From Campylobacterales bacterium (GTDB lineage: Bacteria > Campylobacterota > Campylobacteria > Campylobacterales > Sulfurimonadaceae): a DNA stretch of 64,000 bases. The translations under genes were made by a program, and so were the position numbers. Below the pieces are notes generated by a model. That model ran no database searches. It was not told the origin of the DNA and was given only the letters and a program-made list of their open reading frames with translations. Each line of letters opens with the position of its first letter. Position 1 is the first letter of the stretch. The stretch covers positions 1 to 64,000 of the forward strand of contig JBBRBK010000004.1 in the NCBI GenBank assembly GCA_038205935.1, given 5' to 3'. Of the stretch, positions 42,619 through 53,020 are shown piece after piece.

Positions 42619-43562
42619 ATATTTTATTTAGAGCAGATTCATCTAGCACTATTGGTACCGGCCATATTATGAGAGACTTAGTGTTGGCCTCTCAACTAAG
42701 CAAAGAATATCCAGATGCCAATGTAATTTTTGCCACTCAAAACTTAGAGGATAATATAAACTACAAAATTATAGATGCAGGGTATAAGATCATTCCTCTT
42801 AATTCAAATCAAAAAGAAGAGCTTTTACCTATTTTAAACTCCTTACATGCGGAGTGCCCCGAGGGTGTAGAGCTTTTAGTAATAGATCATTATGGTATCG
42901 GCTACGAATTTGAAAGTTACATAAAAGAAAGTTCACATGTTAAGATTTTGGCGTTTGATGATACGTATGAAAAACATGCATGCGATATACTTCTAAACCA
43001 CAACATCAGTGCGGACAAAAAACGATATAAAAACTTAGTTCCAAAAGAATGCGAACTTAGGTGTGGAGCAAAATACACACTATTAAGAGATGAGTTTTAC
43101 AAAGAAAAAAAGAAAATCAAAAAAAGAAAATCAAAAAAAGAAAACTCTGATATCGCTGTTTTTTTAGCAATGGGCGGAGCAGATACAGCAAATCTTAATA
43201 TCAAAATTTTAAAAGTATTGAAAAAATTTGAAAACATAAAAGTCAATCTTGTAACCACAACAGCAAATAAGAATCTAAATAAGTTAAAAAACTATTGTAA
43301 AAATAAAGAATGGATAAAGTTACATGTAAACTCGGACAGAGTGGCAAAACATATGAGAAAATCTGACTTTGCAATCATTACTCCAAGTGTCACAGCAAAC
43401 GAAGCATATTTTATGGAACTTCCTTTTCTTGCTATTAAAACTGCTGAAAATCAAGATGATATGTACAAATATCTTGATAATAAAAAATATTTTGTCCTAA
43501 AAGCATTTAAAAAAAACAGACTTCATGTATACATCAAGCAAATACTTATAAGGAGAGCATAA
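42615..43562 (+). CDS. pseG: UDP-2,4-diacetamido-2,4,6-trideoxy-beta-L-altropyranose hydrolase
   Basis: FRADSSSTIGTGHIMRDLVLA, VIDHY, LRDEF, MGGAD, AENQ. Confidence 0.92.
   Translation: MNILFRADSSSTIGTGHIMRDLVLASQLSKEYPDANVIFATQNLEDNINYKIIDAGYKIIPLNSNQKEELLPILNSLHAECPEGVELLVIDHYGIGYEFESYIKESSHVKILAFDDTYEKHACDILLNHNISADKKRYKNLVPKECELRCGAKYTLLRDEFYKEKKKIKKRKSKKENSDIAVFLAMGGADTANLNIKILKVLKKFENIKVNLVTTTANKNLNKLKNYCKNKEWIKLHVNSDRVAKHMRKSDFAIITPSVTANEAYFMELPFLAIKTAENQDDMYKYLDNKKYFVLKAFKKNRLHVYIKQILIRRA
42850..42867 (+). repeat. 18-bp mini-hairpin element inserted in the palindrome inside pseG (copy C)
   Basis: CTTACATG-[CGGAGTGCCCCGAGGGTG]-TAGAGCTTTT; removing the insert gives CTTACATGTAGAGCTTTT, identical to 5843-5860. 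Confidence 0.8.
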
Positions 43563-43563
43563 A

Positions 43564-44250
43564 ATGACAGTTGCGGTCTTTGCAGACATTCATGGCAATG
43601 TTGCTTCTCTTGAAAAAGGTTTAAGAATTATGGAAAGTCTTAAACCTGATCAATACTTATTCTTAGGCGATATGGCTGGATATTATTATTATCAAAATGA
43701 ATCTATAGAACTACTTAATAGTTTAGATAATTTAATATCAATCAAAGGCAATCATGATGAGTATTTTATCAATTCTTTAAATGATATAGATAAATTAAAA
43801 AAGCTTGATCAAAAATATGGAAAATCTTACTCACTGTTATCTAAATCCCTAACACAACAAAGTAAAATCTTCTTTGACAATTTATTAGAATATGAGAAAA
43901 ACAATTACTATGAAGCATATCATGGTTCACCAAATAATTACACTGAAGAATATATTTATCCAGATACAGTTATAGATTTTCCAAGCAGTACCCCTTTTAT
44001 TTTTTTAGGACATACTCACTATCCAATGAATAGAACCATAAAAGATACACTAATAATCAATCCAGGTTCTATTGGTCAGCCAAGAGATTTTAATCAAGCA
44101 TCCTTTTCAATAATAGATTTAAAAGATAAAAAAATTGAAAACATCAGATATACATACAATCAGAATGGATTGCAAAAAAAAATTATCGAGCTAAATGACA
44201 AACAATATTTGTCTGATGTCTTAAAAAGAGTCAAAAATGAAGCAAATTAA
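43564..44250 (+). CDS. Calcineurin-like metallophosphoesterase
   Basis: DIHGN, LGD, GNHD, HGSP, GHTH, NPGSIGQPRD. Confidence 0.9.
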   Translation: MTVAVFADIHGNVASLEKGLRIMESLKPDQYLFLGDMAGYYYYQNESIELLNSLDNLISIKGNHDEYFINSLNDIDKLKKLDQKYGKSYSLLSKSLTQQSKIFFDNLLEYEKNNYYEAYHGSPNNYTEEYIYPDTVIDFPSSTPFIFLGHTHYPMNRTIKDTLIINPGSIGQPRDFNQASFSIIDLKDKKIENIRYTYNQNGLQKKIIELNDKQYLSDVLKRVKNEAN

Positions 44251-45202
44251 TATTTTAATCACCGCGATCGGTGGTGATATAGGCGCAAATATTGCTAATA
44301 TACTATATGAACAAAACAAAAGGTTTAATATTTTTGGTACTGATATAAACGAAAAGGTTTTCAATATTAACAAAGTAAAGAAATTCTATAAAGTCGATGC
44401 GTGCGAAAACTCAAACTATCTAAATCAGATATTAAAGATTGTAAAAGACCATTCTATTGAGATAATCATTCCTGTATCAGAAAAAGAAATACTATGGTTT
44501 AACAAAAATAGAAATATATTTGATGATTTAAATATTAAATTAATAATCAATAGTGAAAATACAATTAACACATTTTTAAATAAACTTGAAACAAGTAGCG
44601 CCCTAAATAAGCTTTTGGTTGATACTCCACAAACGTATTTACTTAGTTCATTCAAAAATCAAATAAGCTTTCCTTTAGTCTTAAAAGCTATCTCTTCTGT
44701 ACAAACAAAAGATATCTATTTTCTTAAAGAGCAAAATCAACTTGATTATTTGAAGTGTTCCATCAATAATCATAATGATTACATAATCCAAAAAAATATA
44801 GGATCTGTTGATGAAGAATATACCACAACCGTCTATCGTTCAGATCAGAAATTGGAGGTTATAAGTTTTCAAAGGAAATTATCTGCGGGAATGACCTCTT
44901 TTGCAACCATATCAAATGATAAAATGCTCAAAGATCATGCCAAAAAGATAGCTGTATCCTTCAATCTTCATGGAAGTATAAATATTCAAAGCAGAAAGGT
45001 GGATAATAAATTTTACATTTTTGAAATTAATCCAAGAATTTCAAGCACTGTTTATATAAGAAATCATTTTGGCTTTCATGACCTCTTATGGTGGATTGAA
45101 GACACTTTGAATATAGTACTATTGAAGAGTCAGCAAATTCATGTCGATTTAGTTGGAACTGCCATTTTGGGATATCAATATAAATTTTTTAAGGAAGAAT
45201 GA
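44237..45202 (+). CDS. ATP-grasp domain protein (carbamoyl-phosphate-synthase-like ligase)
   Basis: NKLET, FPLVLK, YIIQK, EYT, IFEINPRIS. Confidence 0.8.
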   Translation: MKQINILITAIGGDIGANIANILYEQNKRFNIFGTDINEKVFNINKVKKFYKVDACENSNYLNQILKIVKDHSIEIIIPVSEKEILWFNKNRNIFDDLNIKLIINSENTINTFLNKLETSSALNKLLVDTPQTYLLSSFKNQISFPLVLKAISSVQTKDIYFLKEQNQLDYLKCSINNHNDYIIQKNIGSVDEEYTTTVYRSDQKLEVISFQRKLSAGMTSFATISNDKMLKDHAKKIAVSFNLHGSINIQSRKVDNKFYIFEINPRISSTVYIRNHFGFHDLLWWIEDTLNIVLLKSQQIHVDLVGTAILGYQYKFFKEE

Positions 45203-45206
45203 AACA

Positions 45207-46085
45207 ATGGAAAAAGTAATTAAAAATAAAAATGGTTTTTTTAGTGTAAAAGAACTTCCCACACAACAAGAGTTAGAAACTTATTACTCAGAAAAATATT
45301 ATCAAAATGAGTCGATACAATACTCAAATAGTTATTCAAAAGATGAGTTGAAATACTTTGAAAATAGAGCAAAAGTAGCAGATAAAATCTATCATGATTT
45401 CATTGAAACAAAAAATAAAACTCTCTTAGAAGTTGGTGCTGGAGAAGGTTTTTTTTCTCACTATTTTTTTTCTCATCATTGGAATGTGACAACATTAGAT
45501 TATTCAGATTATGGAATAAAACATCATAATCCAGATTTACTACCTACGCTCATTAAAGGGGATATATACAACTCATTGGAAAGTTTAATAGCGCAAAATA
45601 GCAAATTTGATTTTATTAATCTCTCGAATGTTCTCGAACATGTTCTGAATCCTGAGGAGTTATTAGAACAACTTAAAATGCTTTTAGCAAAAAATTCACT
45701 CCTTAGAATTTCTGTTCCCAATGACTACTCAAATTTTCAGGAATTTTTAATGGAGAAAAATTATACTTCTAATACTTGGCTTTGTCCACCAGAACACTTA
45801 CACTATTTTACTTTTGATTCATTATCAAATCTTCTTCTCTCTGTGGGATATAAAGTAACACTCACAATGGGAGAGTTTCCTATTGAACTCTTTTTGAGCA
45901 ACGAATCATCAAATTATGCACAAGATAGAGATAAAGGCAAATTTGCACACAAATCAAGAATTGAAGTAGATAATTTTCTCTTTAATCAAGGAGTAGACAA
46001 ATATATTAATTTTTATGAAATAAGTGCCAAAATAGGACTTTCTCGACAAGTTGTTATCTATGCTACATTAGACGAGATACTATGA
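45207..46085 (+). CDS. Class I SAM-dependent methyltransferase
   Basis: LLEVGAGEG, NVLEHV..P, ISVPN, PPEHLHYF. Confidence 0.85.
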   Translation: MEKVIKNKNGFFSVKELPTQQELETYYSEKYYQNESIQYSNSYSKDELKYFENRAKVADKIYHDFIETKNKTLLEVGAGEGFFSHYFFSHHWNVTTLDYSDYGIKHHNPDLLPTLIKGDIYNSLESLIAQNSKFDFINLSNVLEHVLNPEELLEQLKMLLAKNSLLRISVPNDYSNFQEFLMEKNYTSNTWLCPPEHLHYFTFDSLSNLLLSVGYKVTLTMGEFPIELFLSNESSNYAQDRDKGKFAHKSRIEVDNFLFNQGVDKYINFYEISAKIGLSRQVVIYATLDEIL

Positions 46086-47122
46086 AAATAGGTAATTTTG
46101 ATTTAGAAGAAGATGGTACCTATATCATAGCAGAAATGAGTGCGAATCATAATGGTTCACTTCAAACTGCACTCGAAACAATTAAAGCTGTAAAAGAGAT
46201 TGGAGCAAATGCAATAAAACTCCAAACCTATACAGCAGATACACTCACACTTAACTCAAAAAAAGATGATTTTATAGTTAAGGGTGGAACACTTTGGGAT
46301 GGAGAGAGCCTCTATGAACTCTATACAAAAGCGCATACTCCATGGGAGTGGCATAAAGAGTTATTTGATTACGCACGAGCTATTGGCATTGATATATTTT
46401 CAACTCCTTTTGACAAAAGTGCAGTTGATTTCTTAGAGCAATTTAGCCAATCAGCTTATAAAATTGCTTCATTTGAGATAACAGATTATGAACTCATAAG
46501 ATATACTGCTTCAATGATGAAGCCTATCATCATTAGCACAGGCATAGCGACTATTGATGAGATTCAAGATGCCGTAAATATTTGCCGAGATGTTGGCAAT
46601 AATAATATAGTCCTTTTAAAATGCACCTCAGCATACCCGGCAGCACTTGAAGATGCAAATCTCCTGACCATTCCAAACTTGGCTCAAACTTTTGGAGTAA
46701 TCTCCGGCTTTTCAGACCATACACTCGGAAGTACTGCGCCTATAGCAGCAGTTGCACTTGGAGCAAAAGTAATAGAAAAACACTTTATTTTAGATCGTTC
46801 CATCGGCGGAGCTGACGCTGAATTTTCTATGGACAAACAAGAGTTTGCTGCTATGGTAAAAGCTATAAGAGATACTGAAAAACTTCTTGGCAAAGTAGAT
46901 TATTCCATGAGTGAAAACAAGCAAAAAAGCAGACAGTTTTCAAGAAGTCTCTATGCGAGTCAAGATATCAAAAAAGGTGAGATCTTCAGCACTGAGAATA
47001 TCAAAAGCGTAAGACCCTCACATGGATTACATCCAAAATATTTAAACGATGTTTTAGGTAAAAAAGCCTCAAAAAATTTAGAGTTTGCAAATCCACTTAC
47101 ATGGGGAGATATAAAAGAATGA
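46082..47122 (+). CDS. pseI: Pseudaminic acid synthase
   Basis: IIAEMSANHNGS, KLQTYTADT, KIASFE, LKCTSAYP, SDHT, IEKHF, C-terminal SAF/AFP domain. Confidence 0.93.
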   Translation: MKIGNFDLEEDGTYIIAEMSANHNGSLQTALETIKAVKEIGANAIKLQTYTADTLTLNSKKDDFIVKGGTLWDGESLYELYTKAHTPWEWHKELFDYARAIGIDIFSTPFDKSAVDFLEQFSQSAYKIASFEITDYELIRYTASMMKPIIISTGIATIDEIQDAVNICRDVGNNNIVLLKCTSAYPAALEDANLLTIPNLAQTFGVISGFSDHTLGSTAPIAAVALGAKVIEKHFILDRSIGGADAEFSMDKQEFAAMVKAIRDTEKLLGKVDYSMSENKQKSRQFSRSLYASQDIKKGEIFSTENIKSVRPSHGLHPKYLNDVLGKKASKNLEFANPLTWGDIKE

Positions 47123-48177
47123 AAAAAAGACAACAAGAAGAGTTACTATGTATGCTCGATGATATGGATAAGCAAGAGGAACTGTACAGACCAACTAGTT
47201 TTTGGCAAGAGGCTTCAAAACTTATTATAGAAGATATAAATAACAATGGAATTACTAACTTTAGAAGTTTAGTTTCTGCTTATAGTATGTTTGCACCAAT
47301 ATACTCCTATTTTGAATACGTAAAAGATAAAACTCTTTTTAAAAAAACAAAAAATGAACTGCTTAAGGTGACATCAGATATAAAATCAAATATAAAGCTA
47401 GAACTATTAATTTCTGGACAAATACAAGCATGGAGTGATTATAGAGTTTTACAAGCCTCAAATAGAGATTATGCCCCGTATACCGATAAAGTGACAGAAA
47501 GTAACATTGGGAACCCTATAGAGCACTATAATTTTGATGGACGTAACTTTTCACGCTCATTTTTGAACTATCTCTTAGGACTTAGTTTTTTAAAACAACA
47601 TATCGAGTCTCCAAAGATAAAAACAGTGATGGAAATTGGTGGCGGTTTTGGAACTTTAGGTGAGATACTTTTAGGTGATGAGAGACATGACTATTTTTAT
47701 ATTAATGCCGATATTCCTCCTGTATCATTCGTATCCTCTTACTATCTAAAAGAGTTATTTGGAGATGAAGTTGCAACTTATAGTGATTTAAAAGAAAGAG
47801 AATTACTAGATATTGACGTACTCAAACAAGAGTACAAAGCACTCAATATCGCTTCATGGCAAGTACCAAAACTAAGGGGTAAAATTGATTTGTTTGTAAA
47901 CTTTATCTCGTTTCAAGAGATGGAGCCAGAAGTAGTACAGAACTACGCAAATTACATTATCAAACTCAATCCACAATATATTTTACTGCGAAACATAGAA
48001 GAGGGAAAAAAGAGAAAAGATGAAAATACAATCTATGGAGTTGATGAACCTATTTTAGGCTCTTCATATGATAATTTTTTTCCAAATTATAAACTTTTAG
48101 CTACTGATGGTTCTATTTTTGGTTTCAAGACAGAAGATAATTTTCATTCTCAACTAAGACTTTATATAAGGAAATAA
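47119..48177 (+). CDS. Putative sugar O-methyltransferase
   Basis: YRPTSFW, ES.IGNP, MEIGGGFG.LG, DIPP, VNFISFQEM. Confidence 0.75.
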   Translation: MKKRQQEELLCMLDDMDKQEELYRPTSFWQEASKLIIEDINNNGITNFRSLVSAYSMFAPIYSYFEYVKDKTLFKKTKNELLKVTSDIKSNIKLELLISGQIQAWSDYRVLQASNRDYAPYTDKVTESNIGNPIEHYNFDGRNFSRSFLNYLLGLSFLKQHIESPKIKTVMEIGGGFGTLGEILLGDERHDYFYINADIPPVSFVSSYYLKELFGDEVATYSDLKERELLDIDVLKQEYKALNIASWQVPKLRGKIDLFVNFISFQEMEPEVVQNYANYIIKLNPQYILLRNIEEGKKRKDENTIYGVDEPILGSSYDNFFPNYKLLATDGSIFGFKTEDNFHSQLRLYIRK

Positions 48178-48180
48178 TGA

Positions 48181-48903
48181 ATGACCATAAACATATCAAT
48201 TGAAGTGAGAATGACATCATCGAGGCTTCCAGGTAAAGTATTAAAGCCAATCAAAGGACTTCCCTCTTTGGAAATAATGATACATCGAATCAAAAAAGCT
48301 AAAAATATTGATAACATCATAGTTGCAACAACCACAAATAAAGAAGATGATGTGATTGTTTCTTGGTGTCAAAAAAATGGCATAAGCTACTTCAGGGGAA
48401 GTGAACACAATGTTTACGAAAGAATTTTAAACGCTCATATACATTACAACACTGATATTATAATTGAATTAACAGGAGATTGTCCATTAATAGACTATGC
48501 AGTTATTGATAAATGTTTATCAATATATTTAAATAATGATTACGATTATGTGCGCACCAGTTCTAATTATCCTTTAGGTATGGGGATAGCAATTTTTTCA
48601 TTGAAAACCTTACAAAGTGTTTCAATAAACAGAAATTTAGAATATCAAGACATGGAGCATGTCTCTCCTTACCTTTATACAAGTGGTCTTTATAAATGTT
48701 TTGATGTTGAGTCGTCAGAAGATGAAACTGCTCCTTGGCTATCAGTAACATTGGATACAATAGAAGATTTAAAAGTTATTACTAATGTTTGTGACAACTT
48801 TGATACATTTGATTTTTCTTTAAAAGATATTGTATCTTTTGCAAAAAACAATCCATCTCTTGTATCTGAAAATCAAAATATTCATAGAAAAGGGCTGGCT
48901 TAA
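48181..48903 (+). CDS. Cytidylyltransferase-like protein (SpsF/NeuA family)
   Basis: RMTSSRLPGKVL, FRGSE.NV..R, TGDCPLID, EHVS, TLDT.ED. Confidence 0.85.
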   Translation: MTINISIEVRMTSSRLPGKVLKPIKGLPSLEIMIHRIKKAKNIDNIIVATTTNKEDDVIVSWCQKNGISYFRGSEHNVYERILNAHIHYNTDIIIELTGDCPLIDYAVIDKCLSIYLNNDYDYVRTSSNYPLGMGIAIFSLKTLQSVSINRNLEYQDMEHVSPYLYTSGLYKCFDVESSEDETAPWLSVTLDTIEDLKVITNVCDNFDTFDFSLKDIVSFAKNNPSLVSENQNIHRKGLA

Positions 48904-49889
48904 TGTACAATGTTGCACTCATTGGTATCGGCAACATTGGCTTGCTCTATGACGATAACAAAGGTGACAAAACAAAATCTCTCTCGCATGTAAAATCCAT
49001 ATACCGACATGAACATTTTAGTCTTCTCTATATTATTGATACAAATGATAGTAACTTAGATAAAGTTAAATCTTTTTTTCCAAATGTTCAATACTTTAGT
49101 CAACATACTGATATTATCTACAAAGATGATATTGATATTTTAATTATTGCGACTCCTACCGTAACCCATTTTAATATCTTAAATGAGTTTTCAAAGAATA
49201 CAAATATTAAAATGTTTATAATGGAGAAGCCTCTCTTTTCTACTGATAATGAGTATGACAACATCCCAAACAACATTCAGGACAAATTGCTCATAAATTA
49301 TTTAAGAAGATTTGACAAAGCAATACAGAATCTTAAAAAAAATCTTCAACTTTTTCAAACAGAAAAAATATTGATACACTATTGCAAGGGCTTGAAAAAT
49401 AATGGCTCTCATATGATTGATTTAGTAAATTATCTCTACAATAATCCTAAGATAATTTCATCAACAATACTTGGATCATCCCCAGGATTTGATCAATCTG
49501 ATTTCAACTATGATCTATTCATAGAAATAGAAATCGATTCAAGAATAATTCCACTGTATTTTATAAGTCACCAACATACAAATTACAATTTGATAGAACT
49601 CAATATCTATACTAAAGAAAGTATGATCAAATATACAAATTCAAAAGGGACAATAGAATACTATAATATTGTCGCAGATAAAAACTTCCCGCAGTACTCA
49701 ATTTTTTCTGATCAAGCACAATTTATTGATAGAATGGACAGTGCATTTCCAATGTCACATCTTTACGATAAAGCTTATTCCATTCTTGAGTATGACGACA
49801 GCAATATATCGTCCTATTATGATGAAATAGCAAATAAAATTTTCTTTAATTCCATATTTACAAAAAAACAAGTTGTATCTCAATTATGA
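48903..49889 (+). CDS. Gfo/Idh/MocA-family oxidoreductase
   Basis: IGIGNIG, IATPT.TH, MEKP, NYLRRF, NNGSHMID. Confidence 0.85.
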   Translation: MYNVALIGIGNIGLLYDDNKGDKTKSLSHVKSIYRHEHFSLLYIIDTNDSNLDKVKSFFPNVQYFSQHTDIIYKDDIDILIIATPTVTHFNILNEFSKNTNIKMFIMEKPLFSTDNEYDNIPNNIQDKLLINYLRRFDKAIQNLKKNLQLFQTEKILIHYCKGLKNNGSHMIDLVNYLYNNPKIISSTILGSSPGFDQSDFNYDLFIEIEIDSRIIPLYFISHQHTNYNLIELNIYTKESMIKYTNSKGTIEYYNIVADKNFPQYSIFSDQAQFIDRMDSAFPMSHLYDKAYSILEYDDSNISSYYDEIANKIFFNSIFTKKQVVSQL

Positions 49890-50836
49890 AGTCAAATAGA
49901 CTCTTATGTTTTGCACATGATGCAGGAAGTGCGAATGTAACACTTGCTTATGCATATCTCTATAAAAATGTATATACTATAATACAAGCTTTTCCCAAAG
50001 GGCCTGCTGTCAATATATGGAAAGAAAACCTTCCCTCTTATCTTTCAGATGAACCTTTCAAATTTCTACCTACAGATACAATCGTAACAGGTACATCAGG
50101 AAAGCATTCCACTTATGAAATGGAAATGATTGTCGCAGCAAAAAAAGAAAATGTAAAAAAGATCATCACAATTTTAGACAACACTTCTAATTTTGAAATG
50201 AGATTTTTGCTCAATGATTCTATATTGGATCAAGAGCATCTTCCCAATGAAATTTGGATTGACCAAGAAAATTTCAGATCAAAAATTGATTATTTAAACG
50301 ATAAACTCATATACAGACACAATATCTATGATGAATATATACAAAACAGATTCAAAGACAATCCACCTAACTTAAATAACAACACCATTAAAAAATATAA
50401 TGGACAATACCTACTTATACTGACGGAATACATATCTGATCTCTATGGAGATAAATTTGGTTTTGATGAATTTGACTTTTTGAGAAATGTTTTTGACTCT
50501 ATAAACGAACTTCTCTTAAATGTCCCTATAATTTTAAAAAAACATCCAGCTGAAGAGATCAATAAATATGATCAATTATTAACCCAATACGGTCACTTAA
50601 ATATTATGCAACTTGATTGCAGCATCCAAGAACTTGTCTACTACAGTAAGATGATTTTTGGTATCAGTTCTTCAGTGTTTAAAGATGCAATTATTTTTCA
50701 AAAACCAACATACAGTATACAAATCGGTTCAAATCAAGAGATACAAACATATCTAGATAACCAATATATCATACATAACAAGCAAGAACTATTGCCAATT
50801 CTTTCAAAAAAATTTATTATACAAGGACAATTATGA
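49886..50836 (+). CDS. Hypothetical protein, possibly GT-B-like sugar transferase/hydrolase
   Basis: HDAGSAN N-terminus; KKHPAE and GISSSV motifs typical of GT-B C-terminal domains. Confidence 0.5.
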   Translation: MKSNRLLCFAHDAGSANVTLAYAYLYKNVYTIIQAFPKGPAVNIWKENLPSYLSDEPFKFLPTDTIVTGTSGKHSTYEMEMIVAAKKENVKKIITILDNTSNFEMRFLLNDSILDQEHLPNEIWIDQENFRSKIDYLNDKLIYRHNIYDEYIQNRFKDNPPNLNNNTIKKYNGQYLLILTEYISDLYGDKFGFDEFDFLRNVFDSINELLLNVPIILKKHPAEEINKYDQLLTQYGHLNIMQLDCSIQELVYYSKMIFGISSSVFKDAIIFQKPTYSIQIGSNQEIQTYLDNQYIIHNKQELLPILSKKFIIQGQL

Positions 50837-52125
50837 AACTCGCAATAAACGGTGGGAAAAAACTCAGAGAAGAGCCTTTTCCAGCTTACAATACAATTGG
50901 CATAGAGGAGGAGGAAGCTGTTTTAAGAGTTCTTAGAAGTGGGAAACTCTCAACTTATATCGGTTCATGGCATGATGATTTTTATGGTGGGACTGAAGTT
51001 AAAGCTCTAGAAAGTGAATGGGCTAATTTTTTTGGTGTCAAACATGCAATAAGTGTTAACTCTGCCACATCTGGGCTCTATGCAGCCGTCGGTGCTATTG
51101 GTATCCATCCTGGAGATGAGGTTATCGTCTCTCCATACACTATGAGCGCTACTGCTTCTGCCATTCTACTCTATGGAGGAATTCCTGTCTTTGCAGACGT
51201 CGAGGAGGAGTTTTTTTGTCTTGATCCTCAATCAGTAGAAAGCCTTATTACAGACAAAACAAAAGCCATCATGACAGTAGATATATTTGGCCAGCCAAGT
51301 GATTTTAAAGCACTCAAAGAGATTGCTACAAAACACAATCTTAAAATCATAGAAGACGCAGCGCAAGCACCTTATGCCAAATATGATGGTAAATTTGCCG
51401 GTACGCTTGGTGATGTCGGAGTTTTTTCACTCAACTACCATAAACACATCCATAGTGGCGAAGGTGGCATAGTTGTAACAGATGATGATGATTTGGCATT
51501 TAAAATCCAACTTATCCGCAATCATGCAGAAGCTGTACTAAGTGTGAAAGGATACAAAGATAAAAGTGAACTTCACAATATGCTCGGCTTTAACTATCGC
51601 ATGACCGAGATAGAAGCAGCGATAGCAAGAGTGCAACTCACTAAACTCAAAGATTTAGTAGAACAAAGAATCAAAAATGTTAAGTATTTAGAAGACAAAC
51701 TAAGAGAGCTTCCATTTTTGATTATTCCACCAGTAAGAGAAAATGGTACACATGTTTACTACGTTCATCCTATTTTATTTAATAAAGATGCCACCAGCAT
51801 ACATAGAAATCAATTTATAGACGCTGTAAAAGCAGAACTTCCACCAACGGTTATGCGTGATGAGAGTGCCGTGTTGCTTGGTTATGGCTATGTGAAACCT
51901 CTTTATCTCCAGCCTCTTTATCAAGAAAAAATCTGTTTTGGCGAGTACCCTTTTTCCTTAAGCGATAGAGGGTATAAAAAAGGAGATTGTCCAGTGTGCG
52001 AAAAACTGCACTACGACACGCTTATCACTCATGAACTAATGCGTCCGGGAATGAATGAAACCGATATGGACGATGTTGTTTCTGCGTTTGTTAAAGTTTG
52101 GGAAAATAAAGAAGAAATTAGTTAA
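50833..52125 (+). CDS. DegT/DnrJ/EryC1/StrS aminotransferase
   Basis: VNSATSGL, IEDAAQA, SLNYHKHIHSGEGG, GFNYRMTE. Confidence 0.92.
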   Translation: MKLAINGGKKLREEPFPAYNTIGIEEEEAVLRVLRSGKLSTYIGSWHDDFYGGTEVKALESEWANFFGVKHAISVNSATSGLYAAVGAIGIHPGDEVIVSPYTMSATASAILLYGGIPVFADVEEEFFCLDPQSVESLITDKTKAIMTVDIFGQPSDFKALKEIATKHNLKIIEDAAQAPYAKYDGKFAGTLGDVGVFSLNYHKHIHSGEGGIVVTDDDDLAFKIQLIRNHAEAVLSVKGYKDKSELHNMLGFNYRMTEIEAAIARVQLTKLKDLVEQRIKNVKYLEDKLRELPFLIIPPVRENGTHVYYVHPILFNKDATSIHRNQFIDAVKAELPPTVMRDESAVLLGYGYVKPLYLQPLYQEKICFGEYPFSLSDRGYKKGDCPVCEKLHYDTLITHELMRPGMNETDMDDVVSAFVKVWENKEEIS

Positions 52126-52240
52126 TATTTTGTTACAATCACTTAAATTATCAACTTAATCTCATCAGGAATGGATTACATTTATAATAAAGTTAATCAG
52201 TATGTTTATATTATTACATTAAAAAGGATAGGAAAGAACG

Positions 52241-52942
52241 ATGAATTTGATTGAAAAATATAGTTATGATTACGATCTCAAATTAGTGAATTTTGAAAAG
52301 TATGTTCCGAGGCAAGCAATATCAAGATTTATGGCAAAATATGAATTATTTAAAATGATTAAAAATACAAAAGGTTCTATTGTTGAATGTGGTGTACATT
52401 TTGGTGGAGGATTAATGGGTTGGGCTAAATTATCAGCTATAATGGAGCCGTATGCGACAAAAAGAAAAATTATAGGCTTTGATACTTTTGAAGGGTTTCC
52501 AAATTTAACAAGTGAAGACTTAGAATCCGTGCCACATAGTAATCTAGAAACAGGAAAGTTCAAATCACATGATGCTATTTACGAAGAATTATTGGAATGT
52601 ATCCAAGACTATGATAATAGTAGATACTTAAATAATATAAGTAAAGTTGAGCTCGTAAAAGGTGATGCAACAATTACAATCCCAAAATATGTTCAGGATA
52701 ATAAACACTTAATTATTAGTCTTTTATACTTAGATTTTGATTTATATCAGCCTACAAAAGTTGCTCTAGAAAACTTTGTTGAAAGAATGCCAAAGGGTAG
52801 TATTATAGCTTTTGATGAGGTGAACAATGAAGCTTGGAAAGGTGAAACAATCGCTGCACTAGAGTATTTTAAAAGTTTCAACAAGTTAGAGTTAAAAAAA
52901 TTTGAATTTGATCCTCATATCGCTTATGCTGTTATACAGTAA
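52241..52942 (+). CDS. TylF/MycF/NovP-like O-methyltransferase
   Basis: GSIVECGV..GG, GFDTFEGFP, LYLDFDLYQPT, IAFDE. Confidence 0.85.
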   Translation: MNLIEKYSYDYDLKLVNFEKYVPRQAISRFMAKYELFKMIKNTKGSIVECGVHFGGGLMGWAKLSAIMEPYATKRKIIGFDTFEGFPNLTSEDLESVPHSNLETGKFKSHDAIYEELLECIQDYDNSRYLNNISKVELVKGDATITIPKYVQDNKHLIISLLYLDFDLYQPTKVALENFVERMPKGSIIAFDEVNNEAWKGETIAALEYFKSFNKLELKKFEFDPHIAYAVIQ

Positions 52943-53020
52943 AAGTTTGTTCTCCCTTCAAATCATCTTTTAAAATTACGAAAGTATTTAAGTTTTCAAG
53001 AGTAAAAAAAGGAAGTTTAT

